The notes: a model not told the origin generated them from the letters alone. DNA of 64,000 nt from Blastocystis sp. Blastoise (GCA_039096225.1 JBBPEB010000017.1:744001-808000), one strand, 5' to 3'; counted from the stretch's first letter, positions 42,849 to 58,207 are shown. A program made the numbers and translations.

Positions 42849-43905
42849 GGACTATAAAAGGTTCTTTTTAAAAAGAGATCCTACTATATAAAGAATGTTT
42901 ACACTAAAAAGTAAAACGAAAAATGTACTTTTTTTTCTTTCTTTTCATTCAAGATTCATTCAAATACGAATGTATGCTTATGCTTTAAAAATAACACCAG
43001 ACGCATATTAAAAACTTTATATATATTTAAACTCATTATTGGAGTGTAGACCATTGGTAACATCAGAACTTTATATGTTTTATATCTATGAAGAACATTG
43101 AATACGAATTTAATCATGATTATAGAAAATCTGTATTCATCTAACAAAACAAAAAAAGACAGTAATCAACACTATTCTTACTTATAAGTAGAACTCCAAG
43201 ACAAATAAACATCATCATAAATAATATTTGCATCACAAATAAATGATGTGCAATTCTTAATTCAATATTATATAAATAAGTGTATTTATAATACGACATC
43301 GTTAAACACAAAATAAAATTTGATAAAATATGAATCAAATATAAAATATATATATATATATATAATTACTAAATGAAAAGTGAAATACTAAAAAGAGAAA
43401 GACATATATATATAAGCTAAATAAATAAGAATAACTTAGAACGAAACTCATATAAGGAAAGAAAAAAAAATCTAAACAATAATAAAAAGTTAAATAAATA
43501 AGAAACAATAGGAAGAATTTATCTGATACAAATTCGATGATAAGAATCAACAATAGAATAAAAAGTAGATAATAAAAAAGTGGTCTTTATATAAAGATAG
43601 AATAATTCAAATACGATTGTATCATAGACAAAACAAAAAGAGAAAAAAGAGAAAAGTCTAAAAAAGAAATGAAATGGTAATTAAAGAAAAGTGATAATTG
43701 ATAAGAAATGTATAATTTTACAAAGAATAGAATGAATATTAAACAATTGAGGGTACAGTGACAATGAAACTAATCAAATAAAAGAACATAAAATGAACAA
43801 TAAAGAAAAGAAAGAGAAAAATCTAGACAAATAAAAGAGATAGAGAGAATGATTTTGAAAAAAAATTGAAAAACATTAAAGATAAAAAGCATTTTATTTG
43901 CTTTT

Positions 43906-45462
43906 TTAATTTAAAAGAAAGAATGAATATCTTTGTTGATTTCTTTCTTTTATATACGATACAACATGCGAATAGTAACGACACATGATAATTGTCCATA
44001 GATATCTATATTGTGTATCTTGACATAAAATACGATAAAGAGTAAAAAGAAGTGCAATAGAAGAAGGATTATTCCAATACCATAAAGGAGAATCAACTTG
44101 TTTCAGTAAAGGATAATACGTCTGAAATAGATTCCAATAACCAAGAGTCTCATATTCATGATAAAGAGGAGCAAAAGTTTTAAATAGAATAGAAAGTCTT
44201 CTATATACAGTGACATTACCATATTGTTGTAAGCCATGAAAGAATCCTTCTATAATAATATCATTCTTTACATAATATCTTCCTTCACCAGACCATACAC
44301 CAAGATGATGAAATCCTACATATTGTTTTTTATTATCATTAGAATAAAAAGTACCATATTTATCCATACAATCATCTATAAAATAACCTTGATAAATACG
44401 TTTACCATGATCATACAAGATACCTAAACCATTTGCTTTATTATTAGAGAACTCACCTTCATATTGCAAATAATCATCTTTGAAACGACATCCATAACCA
44501 GAGTACTGATCATCATAGAAATCACCTGAGTAATATAAAGTATTATTAAATTTCTGAACCCCTTTTCCATTACGTCTGAAGTTTTTCAATTCACCTTCAT
44601 ATTTTTCGCCATTAGTAAAAGCAATACATCCATTTCCATAGCATAATTGATTATCAAAAACACCTTCAACACTTATTCCATTTGAATAAGTTAGAGAGCA
44701 TCGAATATGATTCGTATCAATAAGAACTCCATGTAAACGATAATTTTCAGTTTCAACAAAAAAAGGAGAAGGTAATGGAGACTTATTTTCGCATTTATTT
44801 TCATTTTCATTCTTAGATATACATGATAATACTGATGTAGATGGATTCTCTAATTTTGACATTGAACGGATACCAAATTTGATTTCTTGATAATCACCTT
44901 TACCATACTGAATTGAGAAAATCGTTATCAAGATGTCTTTATTCCACTGGCCAGAGATTCTAGTACCATCAGACCATATCATTGTGCCTTTACCATTAAT
45001 AGTTTGATCTATTATTTCGCCATCATACTCCATGCAACCAAAGAAAGTATATGGTCCTTTTCCTTCAATATATCCATCAGGATACTTCTTTTTCATTGAG
45101 GATTCATGAACGCAAAAAAAAACTCTTTTGCCAACAAGAGCTTTGTAGTTTTGTGTTGTTCTATGTTTGAATATAAGATGAGCTTTCTTTAATAAATTTG
45201 CATTGCACGTATCATCTAAGGTAGAAACAAATGATGATACTTTAGAGCTATCTTTTCTTTCATTCTGATAAGAATCGGAAGATATGGAAGGATTCTTTAT
45301 TGATCTGTAGTCTACATCATTGCCATAATAGAAGCAACAATCAGAATCATTATTTCTGCATGAATAGTATCCATTTAGTTTTCCCACCATTTTTAATTCA
45401 CGTATTTTCTTTCTAAATAAAACTATATAGCTGTGAGATATGTATAATATTGCATAAAACAT
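43906..45462 (-). CDS. MORN-repeat protein (true start uncertain; first ATG in this ORF at 45390)
   Basis: Repeated Y.G.F.....G.G units: YEGELKNFRRNGKG, YSGDFYDDQYSGYG, YEGEFSNNKANGLG, YQGYFIDDCMDKYG, YDGEIIDQTINGKG. Confidence 0.85.
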   Translation of the reverse strand: MFYAILYISHSYIVLFRKKIRELKMVGKLNGYYSCRNNDSDCCFYYGNDVDYRSIKNPSISSDSYQNERKDSSKVSSFVSTLDDTCNANLLKKAHLIFKHRTTQNYKALVGKRVFFCVHESSMKKKYPDGYIEGKGPYTFFGCMEYDGEIIDQTINGKGTMIWSDGTRISGQWNKDILITIFSIQYGKGDYQEIKFGIRSMSKLENPSTSVLSCISKNENENKCENKSPLPSPFFVETENYRLHGVLIDTNHIRCSLTYSNGISVEGVFDNQLCYGNGCIAFTNGEKYEGELKNFRRNGKGVQKFNNTLYYSGDFYDDQYSGYGCRFKDDYLQYEGEFSNNKANGLGILYDHGKRIYQGYFIDDCMDKYGTFYSNDNKKQYVGFHHLGVWSGEGRYYVKNDIIIEGFFHGLQQYGNVTVYRRLSILFKTFAPLYHEYETLGYWNLFQTYYPLLKQVDSPLWYWNNPSSIALLFTLYRILCQDTQYRYLWTIIMCRYYSHVVSYIKERNQQRYSFFLLN

Positions 45463-47612
45463 ACATAATTAATGATAAACACTAAAATCTCAAATCACAA
45501 GAATAAAATAAAAATGAAAAAAAAAATAGTAAAATACGAAGTTTTTTTGTTCATTTATATCATTTTGTTGATGGCTATGACTAGAATGGAGAAATTTTGC
45601 CAAGTCACTATTCATCATAAGAGCATTTTAATGGGTAATTATGAAGGTATCTAGTTTATTGGTTCGTTTATAAAAAATACCCAATAAAAACGATAATAAT
45701 ATGGGGTCACCAAAGAATAACTAAAATTATCTTGTCTTGTTGAATTCTTAGATTTCTCTTAAAGAAATCGTCCCATAATTTCTTAAATAATCAAGAATCT
45801 GATAGTAAGGCACCATATATTTTTCTTTAGACACTCTGTTTGTCATAAGTACCAATTTTAATCATTGTTCTTGCAATTTGTTTGACGATTTATTTTCTAC
45901 GTAGTCACTTTATCATTAATCGCATCGTAATTCTAGATAACAAACTCTCATCATTTCAAAAATATGTGCATATAGAAAATGGCGCCATTAATTAATTGAT
46001 TGGTTTGAAATGTTATAGAATCAAACGATATACAGTTTTAATTTTTTTCTGCGATTATTCTAAATCAGTATATTTTGAATATTATTTCATTGGTAAAACC
46101 GGAGAAGCATATAATTCTATTATACAACTGGAAAGCATATAAGTTCATTAAACTTCACATAAATAATAATTCTTGTTAAAAATAAATAATATTCATGTCA
46201 TAGAAAATATGTAGAGAAACAAAAATAATGATTTGACAGAAACAAAATATATACAATGACTTATTTCACATAGTAAACGTATTCAGAAGCATTCCTTGAA
46301 TGATAGAAGCGATGGGAAGATCTTTTTGATAAGTTATAAACAGACAAACACTGAATAATCATATACAAATAATATATTATCATGCAGAAATAGTAAGAAT
46401 CATATGAAAACACAGAAGAATCACAAGTAAGATGTATAAATAAGAAATTTTGATATCATCGATTCAAAGAACAACGCTAATTATAAGAAAATCATAATAG
46501 CACAGTTCACTGTTTTGTCTTCACCAAAATAATGAATAAATAAGTCATATACAAATAATAAATTGACAATAATGAAGTATACCTATAAGTGTTTCACTTC
46601 GTATTTGCTACACCTAATATAGATTCGTAAGTAGTTCATAAAACCAGATTTTCCTTTATTTCTAAAATCTCTTTTCATAATTTAGCAGAGAAAAGAAGTT
46701 TGAAAAAATATTTTAATATAAAAATAATTTTCTTTTGTTAGAAATCTTTTATGTTTCTGAAAAAAATACATATATGTATTTTATTCGTATTATTATCATG
46801 TTTTATCAGATCACCCTTCATTTTGATGTCTGATCTACTCTTTTTTAAATATACTCTTATAGCATATTATAGTATTTTTTTACTATTTTGTCATTAATAT
46901 CGGTTTTTATTATTAAAATTTACTAATTTCTCTGAAACAAAGTCGGAAAAAATTATGTACTAAAAGAAAACTAAGAATATATCAAAATGATGAAGCCAAA
47001 CATAGCTAAAATAAATTAAAGTTATGCCTACACTCCCAAACTCCATATTGAAAATGGAGTAAATCAATTATAGACCAAAACTATCAGAAAAAGGAAGTGT
47101 TAACAAAAATACTATGTGGTTTTCTATTTAAATGTTTATTTCAAAGTTGAACCGCTTTAACACATTATCTGTTGACAATATAAAACCATCAAACGAAGAC
47201 GCAAGTGTAATTATCCCAATTATGTCAATCCACGATATCCAAGTTTATTTTTTTCCAGAAATGGAATTTCTTTTCTTTCATGGAGAAATGAGAAGTTTTT
47301 AGTCAATAATTAAGAATTCCTATGATTAAATTAGTTTTCAAAAAGAGAATTTCATGAAAATAGCCAATGAAATGACACGAAACAATAAATAAAGCCATAT
47401 ATGGATAGTCTCAGTATTCTGACTCCAATGCTTCAAAAGATAGCAAATGAATGGTTATAAATGCAACACAATAATGGAAAAATGGTGGATGTTAAGAAAA
47501 AACGGATTTTTTCTTGATTATTAAACAGTTTTAATGGAGTGGAAGAAAAGAAATTCAACAAGTATTTCTTCATATATATTTTATTTTAATCTGTTTCTCA
47601 AATATTCTAAAC

Positions 47613-50600
47613 ATGAGAAATTATATCAAAAGTATGCTTATATTATCTATAGTCACTTATTAATCTTAGATTTAATACTTTTTATTATTCAAATTCAAAT
47701 AATTAATGCTCTTTCTTCTGGTGTGATTGAGGAAGCTGGTGCCCAACTCACTATGAATTCTGTCGTATCAAGAGCAAGTACAGCAAATGGTGTTGAATCA
47801 AATTATTGTTCATCTGAGGGTGAATGGCCAAGAACGAAACAAGATAATATAGCTACATTACCTTGTGGTGATTCTCAATATTATTATGGTGTAAGAAGTC
47901 GTTCTTGTATAAAAGGGAAACCAGCAACTTGGGGAGAAGAAGAAAATGGTTGCCATTTATATACATGTGATGAAACAGTAGATAATGGTCACATTTTTAA
48001 TAAGATTCAAGTAAATAGTTATATAACTATTGAAGATCAAGAAGAGAATAAGTATTATGTAAAGTATTGTGATGACAAACATACTTGGTCTGGTACTGAA
48101 GCTTTTTCTATGGATCATGCTTGTTTAGCTAAAACTCAAAATGGATTATTTTGGCCTGCTACTGAAAAGGGATTTAATCGTTTTGTATCTTGTGGTATTG
48201 GTAAAAGTGGTTATGCTGAAAGACATTGTGGTAATAATGGTTGGGAAGAAATTACTTCAAATTCATGTTCTATTGCTTCATCTCATGTTTCTATAACTAT
48301 ACCTAATGATGCTTCTTATTATAGTAATATACCTATTTATATTACTTGTTCTTTAGTAGAATGTAAAATAAATGAAAATAAGCTTCAATTAAGTAATGGT
48401 GCTACATTAAAATATGATTATAATAATAAAGAAAAAGTTTCTCAATATACTATTATGATTTCTAGAGGTTCTAATCCTTTAAATATTACTTTACTTACTG
48501 ATTCTATTGTTGATACTAATAATGAAGTTATTATTCATGATCTTTCATTACCTTATGAAATGTTTATTCCTTTTGTTACTGATGGTTATATTAATGAAAG
48601 CTTTATGTCTGATGATTTAACTCATCTTAATTCTTCTATTTTATTAGAAACTACTGAAGAAGGTGTTCATATTATTGATCAACCATTATATGTAGGTGAA
48701 AAATTCTATGATATTCATAGTAATAAATTTGAAGGTGCTGAAGGTGGTGAAGTTTCTATTTCTTTTTGGTTTAAAATAGATGAAGAACGTCCTCAAATAT
48801 TATTTGCTATACCTAATGATAAAGATACTTATGAAAATATTAATAATTATGATTTTTATATTAGTATTGATGATATGGGTTTTGTTCATATTCATACTGG
48901 TTATTATGATGATTGTGATGTTTCTTCTTTTATTCCTGTAGCTGATGTTTGGAATCATATTGGTTTTACTTATTTCTCTGATATTAAAGAAGGTACTAAT
49001 AAGAAATATTTTATTAATGGTCAAATATTTAGTTGTGAACATAAAGATGCTTATTATCCTGTTCTTGGTTCTACTTATCAACTTGGTTCTGGTGGTATTA
49101 CTATTAGTGATTTTACTGTATATAAAACTGCTGTTGCTGATAATATTTGGAAAGCTAAATTTAATGAACAAAATGATAAACCTTTTATTTATTTAAAGTC
49201 TTTAACTTCATCTAATAATTATAAAGTTACTTGTACTTTCACTTTTTCTACTGATATTACTTTAGAAAATGTAAATAAATATAAGTTATTACCTGAAGGT
49301 CATACTAAAGATTTTACTGTTGAATGGAATACTAGTAATAACAAACAATATACTGCTACAATTACTTTCCCTACTCGTTCTTATAATGTAGATGAATGTC
49401 CTTCTGTTATTCTTATGATTCAAAATGGATTTATTCGTGATGCAAATGATAAGAAGAAGAAGAATGATATGGAGAAATTTATTATTAATTATGATTGTAC
49501 TAAAGCTCCTATTTTAGAACCTGCTGCTACAAATCCTGTTATTAGTTCTGTTTCTCCTGCTGTAGGTAATATTGAAGATGATCAAATAATTACTTTAACT
49601 TGGGATCAAGATGTTATTTGTAATAATGATATTAAGATTTATTATAGACAAAGTGATTCATTTAATGGTGAATTATTATCTACTGATTTTACTGTATATA
49701 AGAATTATATTTCTATTTTACCTCCTTATGGTTTATTACATAATCGTAATATTTATTTCATTATTCCTGCTGGTTCTTGTACTGATCTTAGTGGTACTAA
49801 AACTTCTGAATTATATACAAATCCTGAAGATAAATGGACTATTCCTCATGCTACTACTCCTTATACAGGTAGTCTTACTTGTGATGGTGAAAATAATCAA
49901 AAGATTAGTTCATTCTTAATTACATGTACTTTAAGTTTTAATAGAAATGTTACTTTTATAGATTATGTAAATAAAATACATATTGTAGGTGGTGAAATGT
50001 CTATTCCTCAACCTTATGATAATTATATTTTATTCTATGTATATCCTACATTTACTAAACCATCTTCTATTACTGATAATAATTATGTTGATATTTCTTA
50101 TACTATTACTGTTGATGAAAGTATTGCTAAAGATCTTGCTAGAATTCCTACTTATTCATCTTCTTTAGAAGTAACTATTAATAGTCAATATAATCCTATT
50201 TTAAGATATTATAAATATAATCAAAATGGTAATAATTATGAATCTAATAATAAAGATTGTATTATTCCTAATGCTGGTAATGATGCTTGGGGTAAGAATT
50301 TTGATGATGAAAAGAAAGCTTTCTTACATAATGAAGAACGTGGATCTTTTTATTGTTCTAATACAAATGATATAAGTTTCTTAGCTCCTGTTTCTAATTC
50401 ATTCTTAACTATTCAATTTTGGTATTTTACAAGTACTAATGATATAACTATTACTTTTATTGAAAAATATTTTAGTAATAATGTATTAGATTATAAGATA
50501 GCTTTATCTAATGGTGCTATTATAATTCAAACTGCTTCTGAAGGTAATGCTGGTTTAACTACTAATGCTCCTACTCCTGGTTATTGGCATCAAATTACTT

Positions 50601-53600
50601 TAGTTATGCAATCTATTAGTGCTAATAGTAAAATTGATTTATATATTGATGGTGTTTTTGCATTAACTGGTGAAGTATTATTAAGTAAATCTTATTATAA
50701 TCTTGGTTCTGATGCTCTTTATATTGGTTCTAATAATGAATTTAGTATGAGTGAAACTATATTTTATGCTTATTTATTAGAAGAAACTACTATTAAGAAT
50801 AATTTTGAAAAATATGCTAGACCTATTATCAGTATTGAAAACTTCCAAATGTCTGAATGTGGTCCTTTTACTTTTGATGTTGTTAGTAATAAGAAAACAC
50901 ATGGATTAGTTGAAAATGATTTTATTGTTAATCCTAAAGATTCTATTAAATTTGAAATTCAAACTACTTCTTCAGGTACTATATATAATATAGTTGCTGT
51001 TCCTATTAGTGAAGGTCAAGTAAGTATACGTATTGCTGAAAATGCTCTTTTATCTGATTATAATAAAGGATCACTTACTTCTGATGAAATTGTTATAAGA
51101 ACTTCTTTTTGTATTAATCGTGATCCTAAATTAATTTGGACTTCTCCTGAACCTTGTGTACGTAATTATAATCAATTTATTATTGATTTTAGTAATAATG
51201 ATTATCCTCTTGATTATGATATGTTTACTAGTAATTCTTTAGGTTCTATTCAAGCATTATCTGTTTCTGGACGTAAAGTTATTGGTTATTATGTATTAAA
51301 TGCTTTAACTGATTTAGGTGTTAAAGGTTATGTATATTATAAGAATGATGTTTGTGGTGAAAATAAGAATGAAGAATGTTCATGGTCACTTACTTTTGCT
51401 TATCAATTTACTGGTATTTATGCTCCTTATTATGATCAAGATACTTTAAGAACTTATCATTATAATCAACTTCGTTTTGAATATGCTATTATGAATGAAA
51501 TTGTTTTATCTGCTGAAGTTGGTTGTGGTGAAATGGTTGCTATTGGTTTCCGTCAAATTAGTGAAAAACAAGGTATTATTAATAGAGGTTATTCTTGTGC
51601 TTTCCAAAGTGTTGAAAAGACTGGTATTGTTTGTTATAATCTTAATAAATATGTTGGTAATACTGTTAGTACTCGTTATTTTACTCCTGTTTCTCCTAAG
51701 CATGATGTATGTAATGAAGATGAAACTGTAACTATATGGTTAAAGATTGGCGGTAATAAGATATTTGCTGGTAGAGGTAATTATGAAGATGAAAATAGTT
51801 ATTCATTTAGTATTAGTGGTGATAGTTCAAGTACTAATGTATTACCTTATGTTTTTATATATCATACAATTAATGATCATAATCCTTTCTTCCTTGAAAA
51901 TATAAAGATACAACCATCTATTGTTGTTCCTGGTGATGATGGTAGTGATAATACTTTTACTCCTGTTAATGATTGTATTGAATATCAACCTGGTATGGAT
52001 ACATCTAATAAGAACTTTAATTGTCATATAGATGATGATGATGATGATGAAAATAGTGAATATCAAAAGAAATGTCTTAAAACATCATTAACTATGGATA
52101 CATCTGATTCTAATAATATTAAAGGTACTCTTATGTTTGATAATTATTTATCTGCTTATCATAATATATCTTATCGTTCTTTTATTTGTAATAATTGTTA
52201 TGCTTATAATGTTCAATTAATTACTGGTTCTAATTGTCATAATCATCATGCTATGTATACTTTTGATGTACATGTTATTAATAAGAAATTAGATTTTACT
52301 GTTTCTTTACCTATAAAGAAAGCTTGTGAAGATAGACATCATGAATATGATCGTCGTTGTAATTGTCGTGTTACTTATACAGGTAATCTTCATTCTGAAC
52401 AAGTAGATCAAATTACAGCTGAACTTACTTGGAATGAATTAACTAATACTAATTCTTTACCTATATATGTTACTTTAACATTTAATCGTCAATATGAAGC
52501 TAAATTAGAAGATTTTATTATAGAGAAAGGAGGTAAAATATTACATGTTGAACCAACTAGTACTGGTGGTATTATAAGTGTTATTCCTGAAGATACTGAA
52601 GGTACACCTTTAGTAGAACATCTTCGTAATCATTTTATTTGTCGTGTAAAATCTCATATAATTGAAGAAGGTGAATTATATTCTCCTGAAGCTTCTATTG
52701 ATATTATTACTTCTGTTCCTACTGGTGTTAATATGGAATATGTTGGTGTTACAGATACTATATATAGTGAAGCTTGGAAAGGTTTAGAACATGGATTTAT
52801 TGGTTTTATGTTTACTTTATCTGGTTATGGTAATCTTAATATAGATTTATCTCCTGCTCCTCATACTATTCCTGGTATTTATAGATTACATTTAGATAAT
52901 AATATTGATGGTGTTTATGAATTACAAAGACGTACATCTATTAAGAATTGGGAAACTATTACTAGTTTTACAGATAAAAAAGTTAATGGTAAAGAAAATC
53001 AATATAAAATAACATTTGTTGATTCTATTTTTACTTTATCTGTTTTACAAGGTATTAATTATCCTATAGATACTACTTTATTTACTTATAATTGTGGTAC
53101 ATTTAAACCATTATATTATGGTTTCTCTACAGATGTTCAATCTTTAATACTTACTGATATTAATAATTTATATGTTGATAATGGTGATTATGAATGGAAA
53201 GATTTATCTATTAGTATTAGTCAATATAGTTCTATTCAAGATTTACCTATTTATATTACTGTTAATAGTGATATAATAGTTCCTTTAGAAAAATGGATTT
53301 TATTTAATGGTTATATGTCTGTAGGTAAGAATACAAATGAATTTTATTTCTATCCTAATAGTTATGATGGTCAATCATCATTCTATTTAGATAGTCGTAT
53401 TCCTAATGAACAAAATATTCTTACCAAGACATCTTCTGTATTTGTAGTATATCTTGGTAGTAAAATATCTAGTATTTATTTACCTAAATTATATACTCAA
53501 GATAATACTCCTATATATAATGAATTAATGAAATTTGATGAAATTAATACTTTAGAATTACCTGTAACAGTTAAGACTGAAACTAATAATAAATTAAATA

Positions 53601-56600
53601 TGATATTATATTCTTCTTTAACTAGTAAGAATTATAATTATTTTGAAATATCCTTATGTGGAAGACCATCTATATCTTATTATGAATATAAGAAGAATAA
53701 ACAATCTAGTCAAGCTCCTGCTTCTATGTCTATTGATTGTACACAAGAATCTTCTGGTAGAATACAAGTTACTGAAGATAATGGAAAGATTTCTGTTACT
53801 TATTATTATAATAGTGCTAATTGGGTATTCTTAGAAGTTTCTTCTATTTATACTTTATCTTATTATACATTCCAATTAAGTGATTCTTTTGCTAGTGTTC
53901 AAATGGCACGTCCATTTACAGATACTTATTGTATAGAGAATCAAAATATATATAGTGATTTTATTACTAGTGATACTATGTCTCAAGATGAATGTAAAGA
54001 ATATTGTGGTCCATATCATGCTTATTTTGGTTTACTTAATGGTAATAAATGTATTTGTTATCCTAATATTGCTTATATATATGGATCTCGTGTAAATAAT
54101 GATAAATGTTCAAAATCATGTATTGGTGATAATTCTCAGAAATGTGGAGGTAGTTCTTATTTAACTATTATTCCTACTCGTTATGTTTCTTACTTTAGTA
54201 ATCAATATAGTTATAATAGATTATTAACAAAAGTAGATAGTCTTACTTATGAATATGGTGTATCTTATGATGAATTAAGTATAAAGATGACAGATACTAC
54301 AAAGAATACTATTTATAATAGTCCTTTATATGTAATGGATGCTCCTAAAGAATATACTGTATCTACTCGTTTCTATATACCTGTTTCTGGTCCTACAGAA
54401 AGTGTTGGTTTTGTTGTATATGATGATGATCGTAATACTATTATTACTATGTGTACTATTGAAATTAATAAGACTAAAGGATGGAGTATTATATCCAATA
54501 GTCCTAATAATAATAATGGTAATGGTGTATTATTAAATGGTGCTGCACATGAATGGAATTCTATTAATGGTTGGCTTCGTTTATCTAGAGATAATGAAGG
54601 TATATATAAATGTTCATATAGATTAGAAGATCCTTTATGGAGTGAACCTATTATTGATAATACTCATACTGAAGTTATTGGTAAGAAACTTGGATTATAT
54701 TCTGTATTACAATATAATCAAATTATTAGTTTTACTGAATTTACATTTACTTCTGATTATGAACGTGCTTATGTATATGCTTCTCATAATTTAGCTTATG
54801 AACAATTCTCTAAAGATCATTATATTTATTTAACATTTAGTGAAAATTTCCAAATTTATAAAGATACTAAATTTAATATGAAGAATTGTTTAGTAAAAGA
54901 TGTTGTTCCTCTTAGTCATTCTTCTTATATAGTATATCTTACTACTCCTTATCCTGGTTCTTTCTCTTTCAATATTCCTAAGGATGTGTCTGGTGATTTA
55001 TCTGAACAAGGTAATTATCCTTTAGGTTATGGTTGTGATGCTGGCTGTTCTAGTAGTCTTGATGGATCTTATAATCCTGAATTTATTACTGTTTTATTAA
55101 CAAATAAAGGAATGAAATATATTGATGCTTATGGAATGTATGCTAATTTAGTTTATGTTACTTTTGATAAAGAAGTAGTTGATTTTGATGTTACTAAATT
55201 AATTATGAGAAATCTTGAATATGTTGGTTCTTATGTTGTTGATAAATTTAATGTAGCTCTTTATGTTAGATTTATTCAAGTATCTTCTGGTAGTATTGTA
55301 TTACCTGCTAATAGTGTATATACTAAAGATAAGATTACTAATAAACAATCAAATACTCTTATTCTTACTATTGATGCTTATTGTAAACGTTATACTAGTT
55401 ATGAGAATGGTGTTATTATGTTCTATCCTGATACTTTACCTGGTAGTGAACAATATAGACAATGTTCATCAGAATATGATGGATATGTATCAAAGAGATG
55501 TAATATATTTGGTCAATGGGAATCTGAAGATTTATCTGGATGTCAAAAGAAGAAATGTAGTTCAGTTACTGAAAATGGATATACTTGGCCTATTACTGAA
55601 ATTGGTCAAGATGCTGAATTGAATTGTCCTTTTGGTTATACTGGTTCTATTACTAGATATTGTAGATATACTTGTTCTAAACCTGTTTGGGGTGAAATTA
55701 TTAATACTTGCGAAAAGAGTGATAGTGGTGAATCTAATGTTGCTTATAAGAAAGTTGTTGATAGAATATATAATGAAATCGAATTTCCTTTAGAAATTAA
55801 GGGTACTATTCAGACTGTTGATGTTCCTCTCCCTAATGGTCTTAGTTTTACTATTAAAAATGATGGTATTCATATTAGTGGTAAATATCTAAATACTACT
55901 CCTTATACTGGTAAACATGTATTAAAGATTACTAATGGTAATGTTGTTACTACTTATACTTTAGAAATTATATTAACTGATTTCTGTGTTTATGATGGTG
56001 AAACTTATGGTAAAAATAGTATTATTACTGTTCCTTGTGGTGAAGGTTATACTGGTACTAGAACTATGAAGTGTACTGTATGTAATAGTTGTGTTTCTTT
56101 AGATTGGATGGTTACTAGTAATACTTGTCAAGTACTTCAATGTTCTCAAAATATTGATGAAATATACTCATTAACTTGGCCTTCTACTATGGTTGGTTCT
56201 AGTGTTATACTTGATTGTCCTTATGGTCAAGAAGGTAGTGTTACTAGAACTTGTCAAGCTGGTCAAATATGGAGTGATATTACTTATGATTGTCAAATAC
56301 CTCAATGTTCTTCTAATATTGATAGTATATATAATATTAATTGGCCTGCTACAAATGTACTTACAACTGCTACTTCTCCTTGTCCTACTGGTTTATCTGG
56401 TTCTATTACTAGATTCTGTAATACTAATAAACAATGGGGTCCTGTTGTTAATACATGTACTGTTCCTCAATGTTCTGCTGAAGTTGATAATCAATATGAA
56501 ATATCTTGGCCTAATACTGAAATTGGTGAATCTGTTTCTATGACTTGTCCTGAAGGTCAACAAGGTAGTCTTACTAGAGTTTGTTTAGAAGGTAGTATTT

Positions 56601-58207
56601 GGAGTGGAATTACTAGTACTTGTCATACAGAAATACTTGAATGTCCTGAATTTACATATTCTATTTATGATTATATTTTTGTATTTGAAGCTACAAATGC
56701 TGGTAGTACTGCTAGTGTTATTTGTGGTTCTGGTCATTTATCTATAGAATGTGATTCTGAAGGTAATTGGAAATATCCTGTTATTAATAATTGTGGTAGT
56801 TGTAAAGCTGGTGAATATGAAAAGCCTATTGATGATAGTGATAAACATATTTGTGTTGAATGTACTGAAGGTCATTATTGTAATGGTGGTGAAGATCAAC
56901 CTCAATGTCCTGAAAATCAATATGCTCCTGCTGGATCTAGTGAATGTCTTTCTTGTCCTAATGGTCATATACTTACAAATAAAAATGGTAATTATGATTG
57001 TTTAGTTTGTGAAGTTGGTCAAAAGTTTATTAATGGTCATTGTGAGAATACAAAGATATGTCTTGGTGATACTACTGCTGATGGTACTTACTGGAAACCT
57101 GTTAATGTAGGTGAAGAGATTTCTGCTCCTTGTGTTGGTGATAATGTACGTGGTGAAATGTTTAGAAAATGTATTGATGAAAGTAATGAAGATATTAATG
57201 GTGTTTGGGATAAAGTAAATACTGATAATTGTTTACCTAAAGTACCTCCTGAAGGAGAGAAATTTGTTGTATTCTATTTACAATATCATAAAGTACCTCA
57301 AAGTATATATAATCAAGATGAAGCTGAATATGATAATGTACGTGCTTTAGTTCAAACATTTGCTTTTTCATTATCATTCTTACATACTATTGATGTAGGT
57401 CAAGATATTCATGAAACTATTGATAATGGTATTACAGATACTCATCCTTATACTAAATTTAATTTAACTATTTCTGTACAACAATCTTTTGATGCTCCTT
57501 CTTTCTTAAGAGGTAATCTTAATTATTTAGTTAAATATACAAGAAGATTAGATGAATTAACATATCATTATGATTATTATATTATGATTGAAGGTGAAGC
57601 TGATATATATCAATATTATACTTATTGTTATAATGAAGAATATAATAAGAAAGTAGCTGTTGGTGATTATTTATATACTCCTTGTGAACATTTAGAAGAG
57701 AATAGTATAGCTACTATGGTTGGTGAAGTAGCTACTTTATGTGATTATGATTATGATTTACATATGACTATTTGGAGAGAAAGTAAATATAAAGGTTGTA
57801 AACCTATTTATCCTATTCAAAATAATCATGCATTTATTGATATGTTCTATATTGTTAAATATACTGTAGCTTCTAATTATTATTGTGGTGCTGTTCGTAA
57901 CTTCTTCCATAAATATATTCATTATGTAAATAATGTTATTTATGATTATGATATTTATTCTTTTAAGAATATTACTATTGATGGTGCTGTTGCTACTCAA
58001 TTCACTTGTCGTTTTGAAACTCATGCTGATAAAGTTACTCAAGTTAAGAATAAACTTCAAAATATTAGTGATTTACTTTATGAATTAGTCTATCAAGCTA
58101 TACCTAATGTATTATCTCCTAGCGTTGATATTGTTATTCCTACTGATGATGTTATTAATATCACTTATTATCAAGATAATCAAAATAAAAAGAGAGTTCG
58201 TTTGTAA
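47613..58207 (+). CDS. Giant (~3,500 aa) secreted multidomain protein: ~12 HRM-like Cys/Trp repeats, LamG/ConA-like, Ig-like, WSC and TNFR/ephrin-like Cys-rich modules
   Basis: Probable start ATG 47613 with a 38-nt intron (47632-47669) gives the signal peptide MRNYIKNLILFIIQIQIINA, followed by one 10.5-kb exon. Modules: C..WP.T..G.....C..G..G...R.C...W.....C repeats; ISFWFK..WNHIGFTY..FING and TIQFWY..WHQITLV..LYIDG (LamG); MSQDECKEYC..YFGL.NG.KCIC..CSKSCIGDNSQKCGG (WSC); LPNGLSF..G.HISG (Ig-like). No C-terminal TM helix. Confidence 0.9.

Noticed and set aside
42956-43553. Short minus-strand ORFs between the MEA1-like and MORN genes
   Set aside because: T-rich UTR/intergenic composition with no motifs or consistent exon structure.
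47534-47612. ORF-track start (MEWKKR...) of the 3557-aa protein
   Set aside because: ATG 47613 plus a 38-nt GT-AG intron gives an in-frame signal peptide. The longer start reads through UTR-like and intron sequence.
48800-58060. Small overlapping and antisense ORFs within the giant gene
   Set aside because: Shadows of strong T-ending codon bias, with no independent features.
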